This document shows, piece after piece, positions 50,501-62,700 of a DNA stretch of 64,000 bases (position 1 is the stretch's first letter; every line of letters starts with the position of its first letter). Below the pieces are notes generated by a model, which worked only from the letters and a program-made list of their open reading frames with translations, made no database searches and had not been told where the DNA came from. The translations under genes were made by a program, and so were the position numbers. Where the stretch lies: the NCBI GenBank assembly GCA_026770705.1, contig JANJGN010000008.1, positions 110,670,001-110,734,000 on the forward strand, read 5' to 3'. The stretch is from Isurus oxyrinchus (taxonomy: Eukaryota).

Positions 50501-53149
50501 TCTGCTGGAACTCTGCACTCACTGGCGAATCTGCTTGTTCTCCCACTCACTGGTGAAACTGCTGGATCTCTCCACTCACTGGCGAACCTCCTAGATGTCT
50601 CCCACTCACTGGTGAATCTGCTAGTTTTCTCCACTTACTGTCGAATCTGCTAGTTCTCCCATTCTCTGGCCAATCTCCTTTTTCTTCCATTCACTGGTGT
50701 ATCTGATAGTTGTATCCACACACTGGCAAATCTGCTAGTTTTTTTGACACTCACTGGCGAGTCTGCTATTGCTCATCACACACTGGTGAATCTGCTCATT
50801 CTTTTCACTTAATGGACAAACTGGTAGTTCCCTCCACTCACTGGCGAATCTGTTAGTTCCGCCACTCACTGGCCAATCTGCGAGTTCTCCCTCTCAATGG
50901 TGAATCTGCTTTTCTTCCACTCACTGGTGTATCTGCTCCATTCTCTCCACTCACTGGTGAATCTACTTGTTATCTCCAATCACTGGTGAATCTGCTTGTC
51001 CTCTCCACTCACTGGCGAACCTGTTGTTTTCCTCCACTCACTGGCAAATTTGCTAGTACTCTCCACTCACGGGCGAATCTGCTTGTTCTCCCCACTTACT
51101 GGCAAAACAGCTATTTCTCTCCACTCATTGGTAAATGTCCTAATTCCCTCCACTCCCTGCCGAATCTGCTAGTTCACTACACACACTGCTGAATCTGCTA
51201 TTTCCCTCCACTCACTGGCGAATCTGCTTGTTCTGTCCACTCACTGGTTAATCAGTTAGTTCTCTCCACTCACTGGCAAATCTGCCAGATCCCTCAATAC
51301 ACTGACAAATCTGCTATTTCTCTCGACAAACTGATGAATCTGCTCGTTCTTCCAATCACTGGCGAATCTGTTAGTACTCTGCACTCACTGGCGAATCTCA
51401 TAGATCTCTCCACTCAGTGACGAATCTGTTAGTTCTTCCACTCACTGGCAATCACGCTAGTTGTTTCCACTCACTGGTGAATCTGCTAGTTTTCTCTACA
51501 ACTAGTGAATCTGCCAGTTCCCCCAATCACTGGCGAATCTGCTATTGCTCTCCACACACTGGCGAATCTACTACTTCTTCCTGTCACTGGTGAATCTGTT
51601 AGTTCTGCCACTCACTGGTGAACCTGCTTGTTCACCCACTCACTGGCAAATATGCGAGTTCTCCCTCTCACTGGTGAATCTGCTTTTCTTCCATTCTGCT
51701 AGTTATTCCACTCACTGGTGAATCTGCTTGTACTCTCCACTCACTGGTCAATCTGCTTGTTCTCTCCACTCACCGCTGAATCTGTTAGTCCTCTCCAAAA
51801 ACTGGTGAATCTGCTAGTTTGCTCAACTCACTGACAATTCTGCTATTTCTCCTAATAAACTGGTGAATCTGCTAGTTCTCTCTACTCACTGGTGAATCTG
51901 CTAATTCTCCAACTCACTGGTGAATCTGTGAGTTCTCCCTCTCACTGGCAAATCTGCTTTTCTTCCACTCACTAGTTTATCTGCTTGTTCTCTCCCCTCA
52001 CTGCTGAATCTGCTTGTTCTCTTCCCTCAATGGTGTATCTGCTAGTTCTCTTCACTCATTGGTGAATCTGCTAGGTCTCTCCAGTCACAGGTGAATCTGC
52101 TCTTTCTTCCATTCAATGGTGAATCTCGTTGTTCTCACTACTCATTGGTGAAGATGCTGGGCTTCTCCACTCACTGGAGAATCTGCTAGTTCCCTCCACT
52201 CACTGGTGAATCTGCTCGTTCCCTCCACTCACTGGCGAATCTGGCAGTCCTCCCACTCACTGTTGAATCTGCTAGTTCTTCCTCTCTTTGGCGAATCTCC
52301 TCGTCATCTTCAGTCATGGGTGAATCTGCACTTTCTCTCCACTCACTGGTGAATCTGCTAATTGTCCCTTTCACTGGCGAATCTGCTTTTCTTCAACTCA
52401 CTGGTGAATCTGTTTGTTTTCTCCCCTCACTGCTGAATCTACTTCTTCTCTTCCCTCGATGGTGAATTTGCTAGTTCTCTTCACTCACTGGCGCATCAGC
52501 TATTTCTCTCCACTCGCTGACGAATCTGATAGTTCTCTCCATGCACTGGCGAATCAGCTATTTTCATACACTCACTGCGCGTTCCCCCCACTCACTGTTG
52601 AATCTGCTAGTTGTCCAACTTACTGCTGAATCTGCTAGCTCTTCCTCTCTCTTGTGAATTTGCTCCTTATCTCCAGTCATTGGTGAATCTGCGTGTTCTC
52701 CACACTCACTGGTGCTTCTGCTAATTCTCCCACTCACTGGCGAATCTGCTAGATTTCTCCACCCACTGGAGAATGTGATTTTCTTCTTCCACTCACTGGT
52801 GAATCTGCTAGTTATTCTACTCACTGGTGAATCTGCTTGTACTCTCCACTCACTGGTCAATCTGCTTGTTCTCTCCACTCACTGCTGAATCTGTTAGTTC
52901 TCTCCAAAAACTGGTGAATCTGCTAGTTCGCTCAGATCACTGGCAAATCTGCTATTTCACCTAACAAACTGGTGAATCTGCTAGTTCTCTCCACTCACTG
53001 GTGAATCTGCTAATTCTTCCACTCAGTGGCAAATATGTTAGTACTCTCCACTCACTGCCGAATCCCATAGATATCTCCACCAACAGACAAATCTGCTGGT
53101 TCTGCCACTCACTGGCAAATCTGCTAGGTCTCTCCACTCACTGGTGAAT

Positions 53150-56100
53150 CTTTTAGTATCCTCCACTCACTGGTGAATTTGCTAGTACTCTCCACTCACG
53201 AGCGAATCTGCTATTTTCCACCACTTTCTGGCAAATCAGCTATTTCTTTCCACTCATTGGCGAATCTTCTACTTCACTGCACTCACTCACTGGCTAATCT
53301 GCTAGTTCCGCCACTCACTAGTAAATCTGCTACTTCTATCCACTTTCTGGCAAATCTGCGACTTCTCCCTATTTCTGGTGAATCTGCTTTTTGTCCAGGC
53401 ACTGGTGGAACTGTTTGTTCCCTCCACTCACTAGTGAATTTGCTCATTCTCTCCACTCGCTGGTATATCAAGCAGTTTCCTCCACTCACAGGCAAATCTG
53501 CTTGTTATCTCCATTTACTGATGAATCTGCTTGTTCACTCCTCCCACTGCTGAATCAGTTATTTCCATCCACTCACAGATGAATCTTCCCATTCCCTCCA
53601 TTCACTGCTGAATCTGTTAGTTCTTCCACTCGTTTGCAAATCTGCTAGTGTTTCCCACTCAATGGCGAATCCGCCAGTTCTCCCCACACACTTGTGAATC
53701 TGCTTATTCTCCCCAACCACTAGTGAATCTGCTAGTCCTCTCCACCCACTGGTGAATCAGTTAGTTCTTCCTCTCACTGGCGAATCTGCTTGTTCTCTCC
53801 AGTCACTGGTGAATCTGCTTGTTATCTCCACTGACAGGTGAATCTGCTTTTTCTCTCCACTCACTGGTGAATCTTCTAGTCCCTCCACTCACTGGTGAAT
53901 CTGCTCATTCCCTCCACTCACTGGTTAATCTGCAAGTTTCCTCCACTCACTGGTGAATCTGCTAGTTTTCTCCGCCCACTGGTGAATCTGCTAATGCTCT
54001 CCATGCACTGGCGAATAAGCTAGTTCCCTCCACTCGCTGGTGAAGCTGCTATTTCTCTCCATTAACTGGCGAATCTGCAAGTACCCTCCACTCACTGGTG
54101 AATCTGCTAGTTCTCCCCACTCACTGGTGAAACTGCTAGTTCTCTCCACTCACTGGTGAATCTGTTAGTTCTCTCCACTCACTGGTGAATCTTTTAGTAT
54201 CATCCACTCACTGGCGAATTTGCTAGTACTCTCCACTCACGGACGAATCTGCTAGTTTTGTCCACTTTCTGGCAATTCAGCGATTTCTCTCCACTCATTG
54301 GCGAATCTGCTACTCCCCTCCACTCACTGGCGAATCTGCTAGTTTCCTCCACTCACTGGTAAATCTGCTAGTTCTATCTACTTTCTGGCAAATCTGCGAC
54401 TTCTCCCTATTTCTGGTGAATCTGCTTTTCTTCCAGTTACTGGTGGAATTGCTTGTTCCCTCCACTCACTGGTGAAACTGTTCATTCTTTCCACTCACTG
54501 GCGAATCCAGCAGTTTCCTCCACTCACAGGCAAATCTGCTTGTTATCTCCATTTATTGATGAATCTGCTTTTTCATTCCACTCACTGGTGAATCAGCTAT
54601 TTCCATCCACTCACAGGTGAATCTTCCTATTCCCTCCATTCACTGCTCAATCTGTTAGTTCTTCCACTCAGTGGCGAATCTGCTAGTGTTCCCACTCACT
54701 GGCAAATCTGCCAGTTCTCCCCACACACTTGTGAATCTCTGTTCATTCTCCCCACTCACTGGTGCCTCTGCTCGTTCTCTCCACACACTGGTGAATCTGC
54801 TAGTTTCCTCCACTTTCTGGCAGATCTGCTGGTTCGTCCACTCACTGCCAAATCTGCCAGTGTTCCACACTCTGGCGAATCTGCTCTTTTCTCCATTCAC
54901 TGCTCAATCTGCTAGTTCACACCACTCACTGGCGAATCTGCAAGTTCTCTCCACTCACTGACGTATATTCCAGTATCCTCCACTGACTGGTGAATCTTCT
55001 AGTCCTCCCAACTCACTGGCAATTCTGCAAGTTCTCTCCACTCACTGGCGAAACTGCTAGGTCTCCCCACTCACAGGTGAAACTGTTAGTTCTCTCCACT
55101 CACTGGTGAATCTGTCAGTTCTTTCCACTCACGGGCGAATCTGCCAGTTTCCTCCACTTTCTGGCAAATCAGCTATTTCTTTCCACTCATTGGCGAATCT
55201 GCTACTTTACTGCACTCACTCACTGGCTAATCTGCTATTTTCTGCCACTCACTAGTAAATCTGCTACTTCTATCCACTTTCTGGCAAATCTGCGACTTCT
55301 CCCTATTTCTGGTGAATCTGCTTTTTGTCCAGTCACTGTTGGAACTGTTTGTTCCCTCCACTCACTGGTGAATTTGTTCATTCTCTCCACTCGCTGGCGA
55401 ATCAAGCAGTTTCCTCCACTCACAGGCAAATCTGCTTGTTATCTCCATTTACTGATGAATCTGCTTGTTCACTCCTCCCACTGCTGAATCAGTTATTTCC
55501 ATCCACTCACAGATGAATCTTCCCATTCCCTCCATTCACTGCTGAATCTGTTAGTTCTTCCACTCGTTTGCAAATCTGCTAGTGTTTCCCACTCAATGGC
55601 GAATCCGCCAGTTCTCCCCACACACTTGTGAATCTGCTCATTCTCCCCAACCACTAGTGAATCTGCTAGTCCTCTCCACCCACTGGTGAATCAGTTAGTT
55701 CTTCCTCTCACTGGCGAATCTGCTTGTTCTCTCCAATCACTGGCGAATCTGTTTGTTCTCTCCACTGACAGGTGAATCTGCTTTTTCTCTCCACTCACTG
55801 GTGAATCTTCTAGTCCCTCCACTCACTGGTGAATCTGCTCATTCCCTCCACTCACTGGTTAATCTGCAAGTTTCCTCCACTCACTGGTGAATCTGCTATT
55901 GCTCTCCGCCCACTGGTGAATCTGCTAGTGCTCTCCACACACTGGTGAATTAACAAGTTCCCTCCACTCGCTGGTGAAGCTGCTATTTCTCTCCATTAAC
56001 TAGCGAAGCTGCTAGTTCTCTGCACTCAATGGCGAAACTGCTAGTTCTCCCCACTCACTGGTGAAACTGCTAGTTCTCTCCACTCACTGGTGAATCTGTT

Positions 56101-56700
56101 AGTTCTCTCCACTCACTGGCGAATTTGTTAGTTCTCTCCACTCACGGACGAATCTGCTAGTTTCGTCCACTTTCTGGCAATTCAGCTATTTCTCTCCAGT
56201 CATTGGCGAGTCTGCTACTTCCCTCCACTCACTGGCAAATCTGCTAGTTTCCTCCATTCACTGGCAAATCTGCTAGTTCTATCTACTTTCTGGCAAATCT
56301 GCGAGTTCTCCCTATTTCTGATGGATCTGCTTTTCTTCCAGTTACTGGTGGAACTGCTTGTTCCCTCCACTCACTGGTGAATCTGCTCATTCTCTCCACT
56401 CGCTGGCGAATCCAGCAGTTTCCTCCACTCACAGGCAAATCTGCTTGTTATCTCCATTTATTGATGAATCTGCTTTTTCATTCCACTCACTGGTGAAAAA
56501 GCTATTTCTATCCACTCACAGATGAATCTTCCCATTCCCTCCATTCACTGTTCAATCTGTTAGTTCTTCCACTCAGTGGCGAATCTGCTAGTGTTCCCAC
56601 TCACTGGCGAATCTGCCAGTTCTCCCCACACACTTGTGAATCTGCTAGTCCTCTCCAGGTACTGGTGAATCATGTAGTGCTTCCACTCACTGGCAAATCT
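53150..56700 (+). repeat. About 1.9-kb tandem duplication built from two related 1-kb subunits
   Basis: Marker ttctccctat at 53363, 54401, 55297 and 56306. ORF pair 53391/55325 is offset by 1,934 bp. Boundaries are approximate. Confidence 0.8.
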
Positions 56701-59700
56701 GCTTGTTCTCTCCAATCACTGGTGAATCTGCTACGTCCCTCCACTCACTGGCGAAGCTGCTAGTTCCCTCCACTCACTGGTGAATCTGCTAGTTCTCTCC
56801 ACTCACTGGCGAATCTGCTAGTTCTCCCCACTCACTGGTGAATCTGCTAGATCTCTCCACACACTGGTGAATCTGTTAGTTCTGTCCACTCACTGGCGAA
56901 TCTGCTAGTATACTCCACTTTCTGGCAGATCTGCTGGTTCGTCCACTCACTGGCAATTCTGCTAGTGTACCCCACTCTGGCGAATCTGCTAGTTCTCCCC
57001 AAACACTGACGAATCTGCTAGTCCTCTCCGCGGATGGGTGAATCAGGTAACTTTTCCAAACACTGGCGAATCTGCTCGTTTCTCCATTCACACTGCTGCT
57101 CACAACACTCACTGGCAAATCTGCCTGTTCTCCCCACACACTTGTGAATCTGCTCATTATTCCCACCCACTAGTGAATCTGCTAGTCCTCTCCACGTACT
57201 CATGAATCATGTAGTGCTTCCACTCACTGGCGAATCTGCTTGCTCTCTCCACTCACTGGTGAATCTGCTTTTTCTCTCCACTCACTGGTGAATCTTCTAA
57301 TCCCTGCACTCACTGGTGAATCTGCTCATTCCCTCCACTCACTGATGAATCTGCTAGCTTCCTCCACTCAGTGGTGAATCTGCTAATTCTCTCCAGGCAT
57401 TGGCAAATCTGCTAGTTCCCTCCACTCACTGGCGAAGCTGCCATTTCTCTCCACTCACTGGCGAAGTTGCTAGTTCCCTCCACTCACTGGTGAGTCTGCT
57501 AGTTCTCCCCACTCACTGGTGAAGCTGCTTTTTCTCTCCACTCACTGGCAAAGCTGCTAGTTCACTCCACTCACTGGTGAATCTGCTAGTTATCTCCACT
57601 CACTGGCGAATCTACTATTTCTCCCCATTCTCTGGTGAATCTGCTAGTTCCCCCCACTCACTGGCGAAGCTGCTATTTCTCTTCACTCACTGGCGAATCT
57701 GCTAGTTCTCCCCAATCACTGGTGGATCTGCTAGTTCTCTCCACTCACTGGTGAAGCTGTTACTTCTGTCCACTCACTGGCAAATCAGCTAGTTTGCCCA
57801 ACTCTCTGGCAGATCTGCTGGTTCGTCCACTCACTGGAAAATCTGCTAGTGTTCCCCATTCTGGCGAATTTGCTAGTTCTCCCCAATCACTGATGAATCT
57901 GCTAGTCCTCTCCGCGTTTGGCTGAATCAGGTAGCTCTTCCAAGTACTGACGAATCTGCTTGTTTCTTCATTCACTGGTCAATCTGCTGTTCACACCACT
58001 CCCTGGAGAATCTACAAGTTCTCTCCACTCATTGGTGAATCTGCTATTTCTCTCCACTTACTGATGTATCTTCCAGTATCCTCCACTGACTAGTGAATCT
58101 GCTAGTTCTCCCCACTCACTGGCGATTCTGCTAGTTCTCTCCACTCACTGGCGAAACTGTTAGTTCTCCCCACTCACTGGCAAATCTTTTAGTATCCTCC
58201 ACTCACTGTTGAATTTGCTAGCACTCTCCACTCACGGGCGAATCTGCTAGTTTCCTCCACTTTCTGGCAAATCAGCTATTTCTCTCCGCTCATTGGTGAA
58301 TCTGCTACTTCCCTCCACTCACTGGCGAATCTGCTAGTTTCCTCCACTCACGGTTGAATCTGCTAGTTCTATCCAATTGCTGCCAAATCTGCGAATTCTC
58401 CCTATTTCTGGTGAATCTGCTTTGCTTCCAGTCACTGGTGGAACTGCTTGTTCCCTCCACTCGCTGGTGAATCTGCTCATTCTCTCCACTCACTGGCGAA
58501 TCAAAAAGTTTCCTCCACTCACTTGCAAATCCGCTTGTTATCTCCAATTACAGATGAATCTGCTTGTTCACTCCACTCACTGGTGAATCAGCTATTTCCA
58601 TCCACTCACAGGTCAATCTTCCCATTCGCTCCATTCACTGTTGAATCTGTTAGTTCTTCCAATCATTGGCAAATCTGCTAGTGTTTCCCACTCACTGGCG
58701 AATAAGCCAGTTCTCCCCACACACTATTGAATCTGCTCATTTTCCCAACCGCTAGTGAATCTGCCAGTCCTCTCCAACCACTGGTGAATCAGTTAGTTCT
58801 TCCACTCACTGGCGAATCTGCTTGTTCTCTCCACTCACTGGTGAATCTGCTTTTTCTCTCCACTCACTGGTGAATCTTCTAGTTCCCTCCACTCACTGGT
58901 GAATCTGCTCATTCCCTCCACTCACTGGTGAATCTGCTAATTTCCTCCACTCACTGGTGAATCTGCTAGTTCTCTCCACGCACTGGCGAATCTGCTAGAT
59001 CCCTCCACTCACTGGCGAAGCTGCTATTTCTCTCCACTCACTGGCTAATCTGCTAGTTCCCTCCACTAACTGGCGAAGCTGTCAGTTCCCTCCACTCACT
59101 GGTGCATCTGCTAGTCCTCTCCACCCACTAATGAATAAGTTAGTTCTTCCACTCACTGGCGAATCTGCTAGTTCCCTCCACTACCTGGTGAATCTGCTAG
59201 ATCTCTCCACTCACTGGCAAATCTGCTAATTCTCTCCTCTCGCTGGTGAATCTGCTAGTTCTCTCCACACACTGGTGAAGCTGTTAGTTCTGTCCACTCA
59301 CTGGCAAATCTGCTAGTTTGCCCAACTCTCTAGCAGATCTGCTGGTTCGTCCACTCACTGGAAAATCTGCTAGTGTTCCCCACTCTGGCGAATCTGCTAG
59401 TTCTCCCCAATCACTGACGAATCTGCTAGTCCTCTCCACGTTTGGCTGAATCAGGTAGCTCTTTTAAATACTGGCGAATCTGCTTGTTTCTCCATTCATT
59501 GGTCAATCTGCTGTTCACACCACTCCCTGGCGAATCTACAAGTTCTCTCCACTCATTGGCGGATCTGCTATTTCTCTCCACTCATTGATGTATCTTCCAG
59601 TATCCTCCACTGACAAGTGAATCTGCTAGTTGTCCCCACTCACTGGCGACTCTGCTAGTTCTCTCCACTCACTGGCGATACTACTAGTTCTCCCCACTCA

Positions 59701-62700
59701 CTGGTGAATATTTTAGTATCCTCCACTCACTGGCGAATTTGCTAGCACTCTCCACTCACGGGCGAATCTGCTAGTTTCCTCCACTCACTGGTAAATCTGC
59801 TAGTTCTATCCACTTTCTGGCAAATCTGCGAGTTCTCCCTATTATTGGCGAATCAGCTTTTATTCCACTCACTGGTGAAGCTGCTTGTTCCCTCCACTCA
59901 CTGGTGAATCTGCTCATTCTCTCCAATAGCTGGCGAATCTAGCAGTTTCCTCCACTCACTGGCAAATCTGCTTGTTATCTCCAATTACTGATGAATCTAC
60001 TTGTTCACTCCACTTACTGGTGAATCAGCTGTTTCCATGCACTCAGAGGTGAATCTTCCCATTCCCTCCATTCACTGTTGAATCTGCTAGTCCTCTCCAC
60101 CCACTGGTGAATCAGTTAGTTCTTCCAAACACTGATGAATCTGCTTTTTCTCTCCACTCACTGGTGGATCTTCTAGTTCTCTCCACTCACTGGTGAATCT
60201 GCCATTTCTCTCCACTCATTGGCGAATCTATTAGTTCTCTCCACTCACTGGCGAATCTGATAGTTCCCTCCACTCACTGGCGAATCTGCTGTTTCTCTCC
60301 GCTCTCTGCTGAATCTGCTAGTTCCCTCCACTCATTGGTGAATCTGCTAGATCTCCCCACTCACTTGCGAAGCTGCTATTTCTCTCCGCTCAGTGGCGAA
60401 TCTGCTAGTTCCCTCCAGTCACTGGTGAATCTGCTTGTTCTCCCCACTCACTGGCGACTCTGCTAATTCTCTCCACTCACTGGCGAATATGCTAGTTCTG
60501 CCCTATCACTGATGAATCTGCTAGTTCTCTCCACACACTGGTGAATCTGTCAGCTCTGTCCACTCACTGGCGAATCTGCTGGTTCTTCCAAATACTGGCA
60601 AATCAGCTAGTGTTCCCCTCTGGCGAATGTGATAGTTCTCCAACATCACTGGCGAATCTGTTGTCCTCACCATGCACAGGAGATTCAGGTAGCTCTTCCA
60701 AGCACTGACAAATCTGCTCGTTTCTCCATTCTCTGGACAACCTGCTAGTTCACATCACTCACTGACGAATCAGCCTGTATCCTGCACTGACTGGTGAATC
60801 TGCTAGTTCTCTCCACTAACTAGCGAAACTTCTAGTTCTCCCCACTCACTGCTGAAAATGCTAGTTCTCTCAACTCACTGGTGAATCTGTTAATACTCTC
60901 CACTCACTGGTGAATCTGTTAGTTCTCTCTACTCACTGGTGAATCTGTCAGTTCTCTCCACTCACTGGCGAATCTGCTAGTATCCTACACTCACTGGCGA
61001 ATCTGTTAGTTCTCTCCACTCGCTGGCGAATCTGCTAGATCTCTCCACTCATTGGCGAATCTGCTACTTCCCTCCACTCACTAGCGAATCTACTAATTCT
61101 TTCCACTCACTGTTGAATCTGTTATTTCCCACCACTCACTGAAGAATCTGCTAGTATCCTCCACTCACTGGTGAATTTGCTAGTGCTCCCCACTCACTCG
61201 CGATTCTGCTAGATCTCTCCAGTTACGAGCGAAACTGCTAGTCCTCCCCACTCACTGGTGAAAATGCTAGTTCTCCCCACTCACTAGCGAATCTGTTAGT
61301 TCCCGCCGCTCACTGGCAAATCTGCTATTTCCGTCCACTCACTGATGAATCTGCTTGTTCTCCCCACTCACTGGCGAATCTGCTAATTCTCTCCACTCAC
61401 TGGTGAATCTGCTTTTTCTCTCCACTCACTGGTGAATCTTCTGGTTCCCTACACTCACTGGTGAATCTGCTCATTCCCTCCGCTCACTGGTGAATCTGCT
61501 ATTTCTCTCCACGCACTGGCGAATCTGCTAGTTCCCTTCACTCACTGGCGAAGCTGCTATTTCTCTCCACTCACTGGCGAATCTGCTAGTTCCCTCCACT
61601 CACTGGCGAAGCTGCTAGTTCCCTCCACTCACTGGTGAATCTGCTAGCCCTCTCCACCCACTAATGAATCACTTAGTTCTTCCACTGACTGACGAATCTG
61701 CTTGTTCTCTCCACTCATTGGCGAAGCTGCTATTTCTCTCCACTCACTGGCGAATTTGCTAGTTCCCTCCACTTACTGGTGAATCTGCTAGATCTCTCCC
61801 CTTACTGGCTAATCTGCTAATTCTCCCCACTCGCTGGTGAATCTGCTAGTTCTCTCCACTCACTGGCGAAGCTGCTATTTCTTTCCACTCACTGGCGAAT
61901 CTGCTAGTTCCCTCCACTCCCTGGTGAATCTGCTAGTTCTCCCCACTCACTGGCAAATTTGCTAGCACTCTCCAATCACGGGCGAATCTGCTAATTCCCT
62001 CCACTTTCTGGCAAATCAGCTATTTCTCTCCACTCACTGGCGAATCTGCTAGTTTCCTCCACTCACTGGCAAATCTGCTCGTTCTATCCACTTTCTGGCA
62101 AATCTGCAAGTTCTCCCTATTACTGGTGATTCTGCTTTTATTCCACTCACTGGTGAAGCTGATGTTCCCTCCACTCACTGGTGAATCTTCTCATTCTCTG
62201 CACTAGCTGGCGAATACAGCAGTTTCCTCCACTCACTGGCAAATCTGCTTGTTACTGATGAATCTGCTTGTTCACTCCACTTACTGGTGAATCAGCAATT
62301 TCCATCCACTAAGAGATAAATCTTCCCATTCCCTCCATTCACTGTTGAATCTGCTAGTTCTTCCACTCTTGGCGAATCAGCTAGTGTTCCCCACTCACTG
62401 GCGAATCTGCCAGTTCTTCCCACACACTTGAGATTCTGCTCGTTCTCCCCAACCACTGTTGAATCTGCTAGTCCTCTCCACCCACTGGTGAATTAGTTAG
62501 TTCTTCCAAACACTGGTGAATCTGCTTTTTCTCTCCACTCACTGGTGAATCTTCTAGTTCTCTCCACTCACTGGTGAATCTGCCATTTCTCTCCACTCAT
62601 TGGCGAATCCATTAGTTCTCTCTGCAGATTTGTGAATCTGTTAGTTCTCTCCACTCACTGGTGTATCTGCTAGTTCCCTCCACTCACTGGCGAATCTGCT

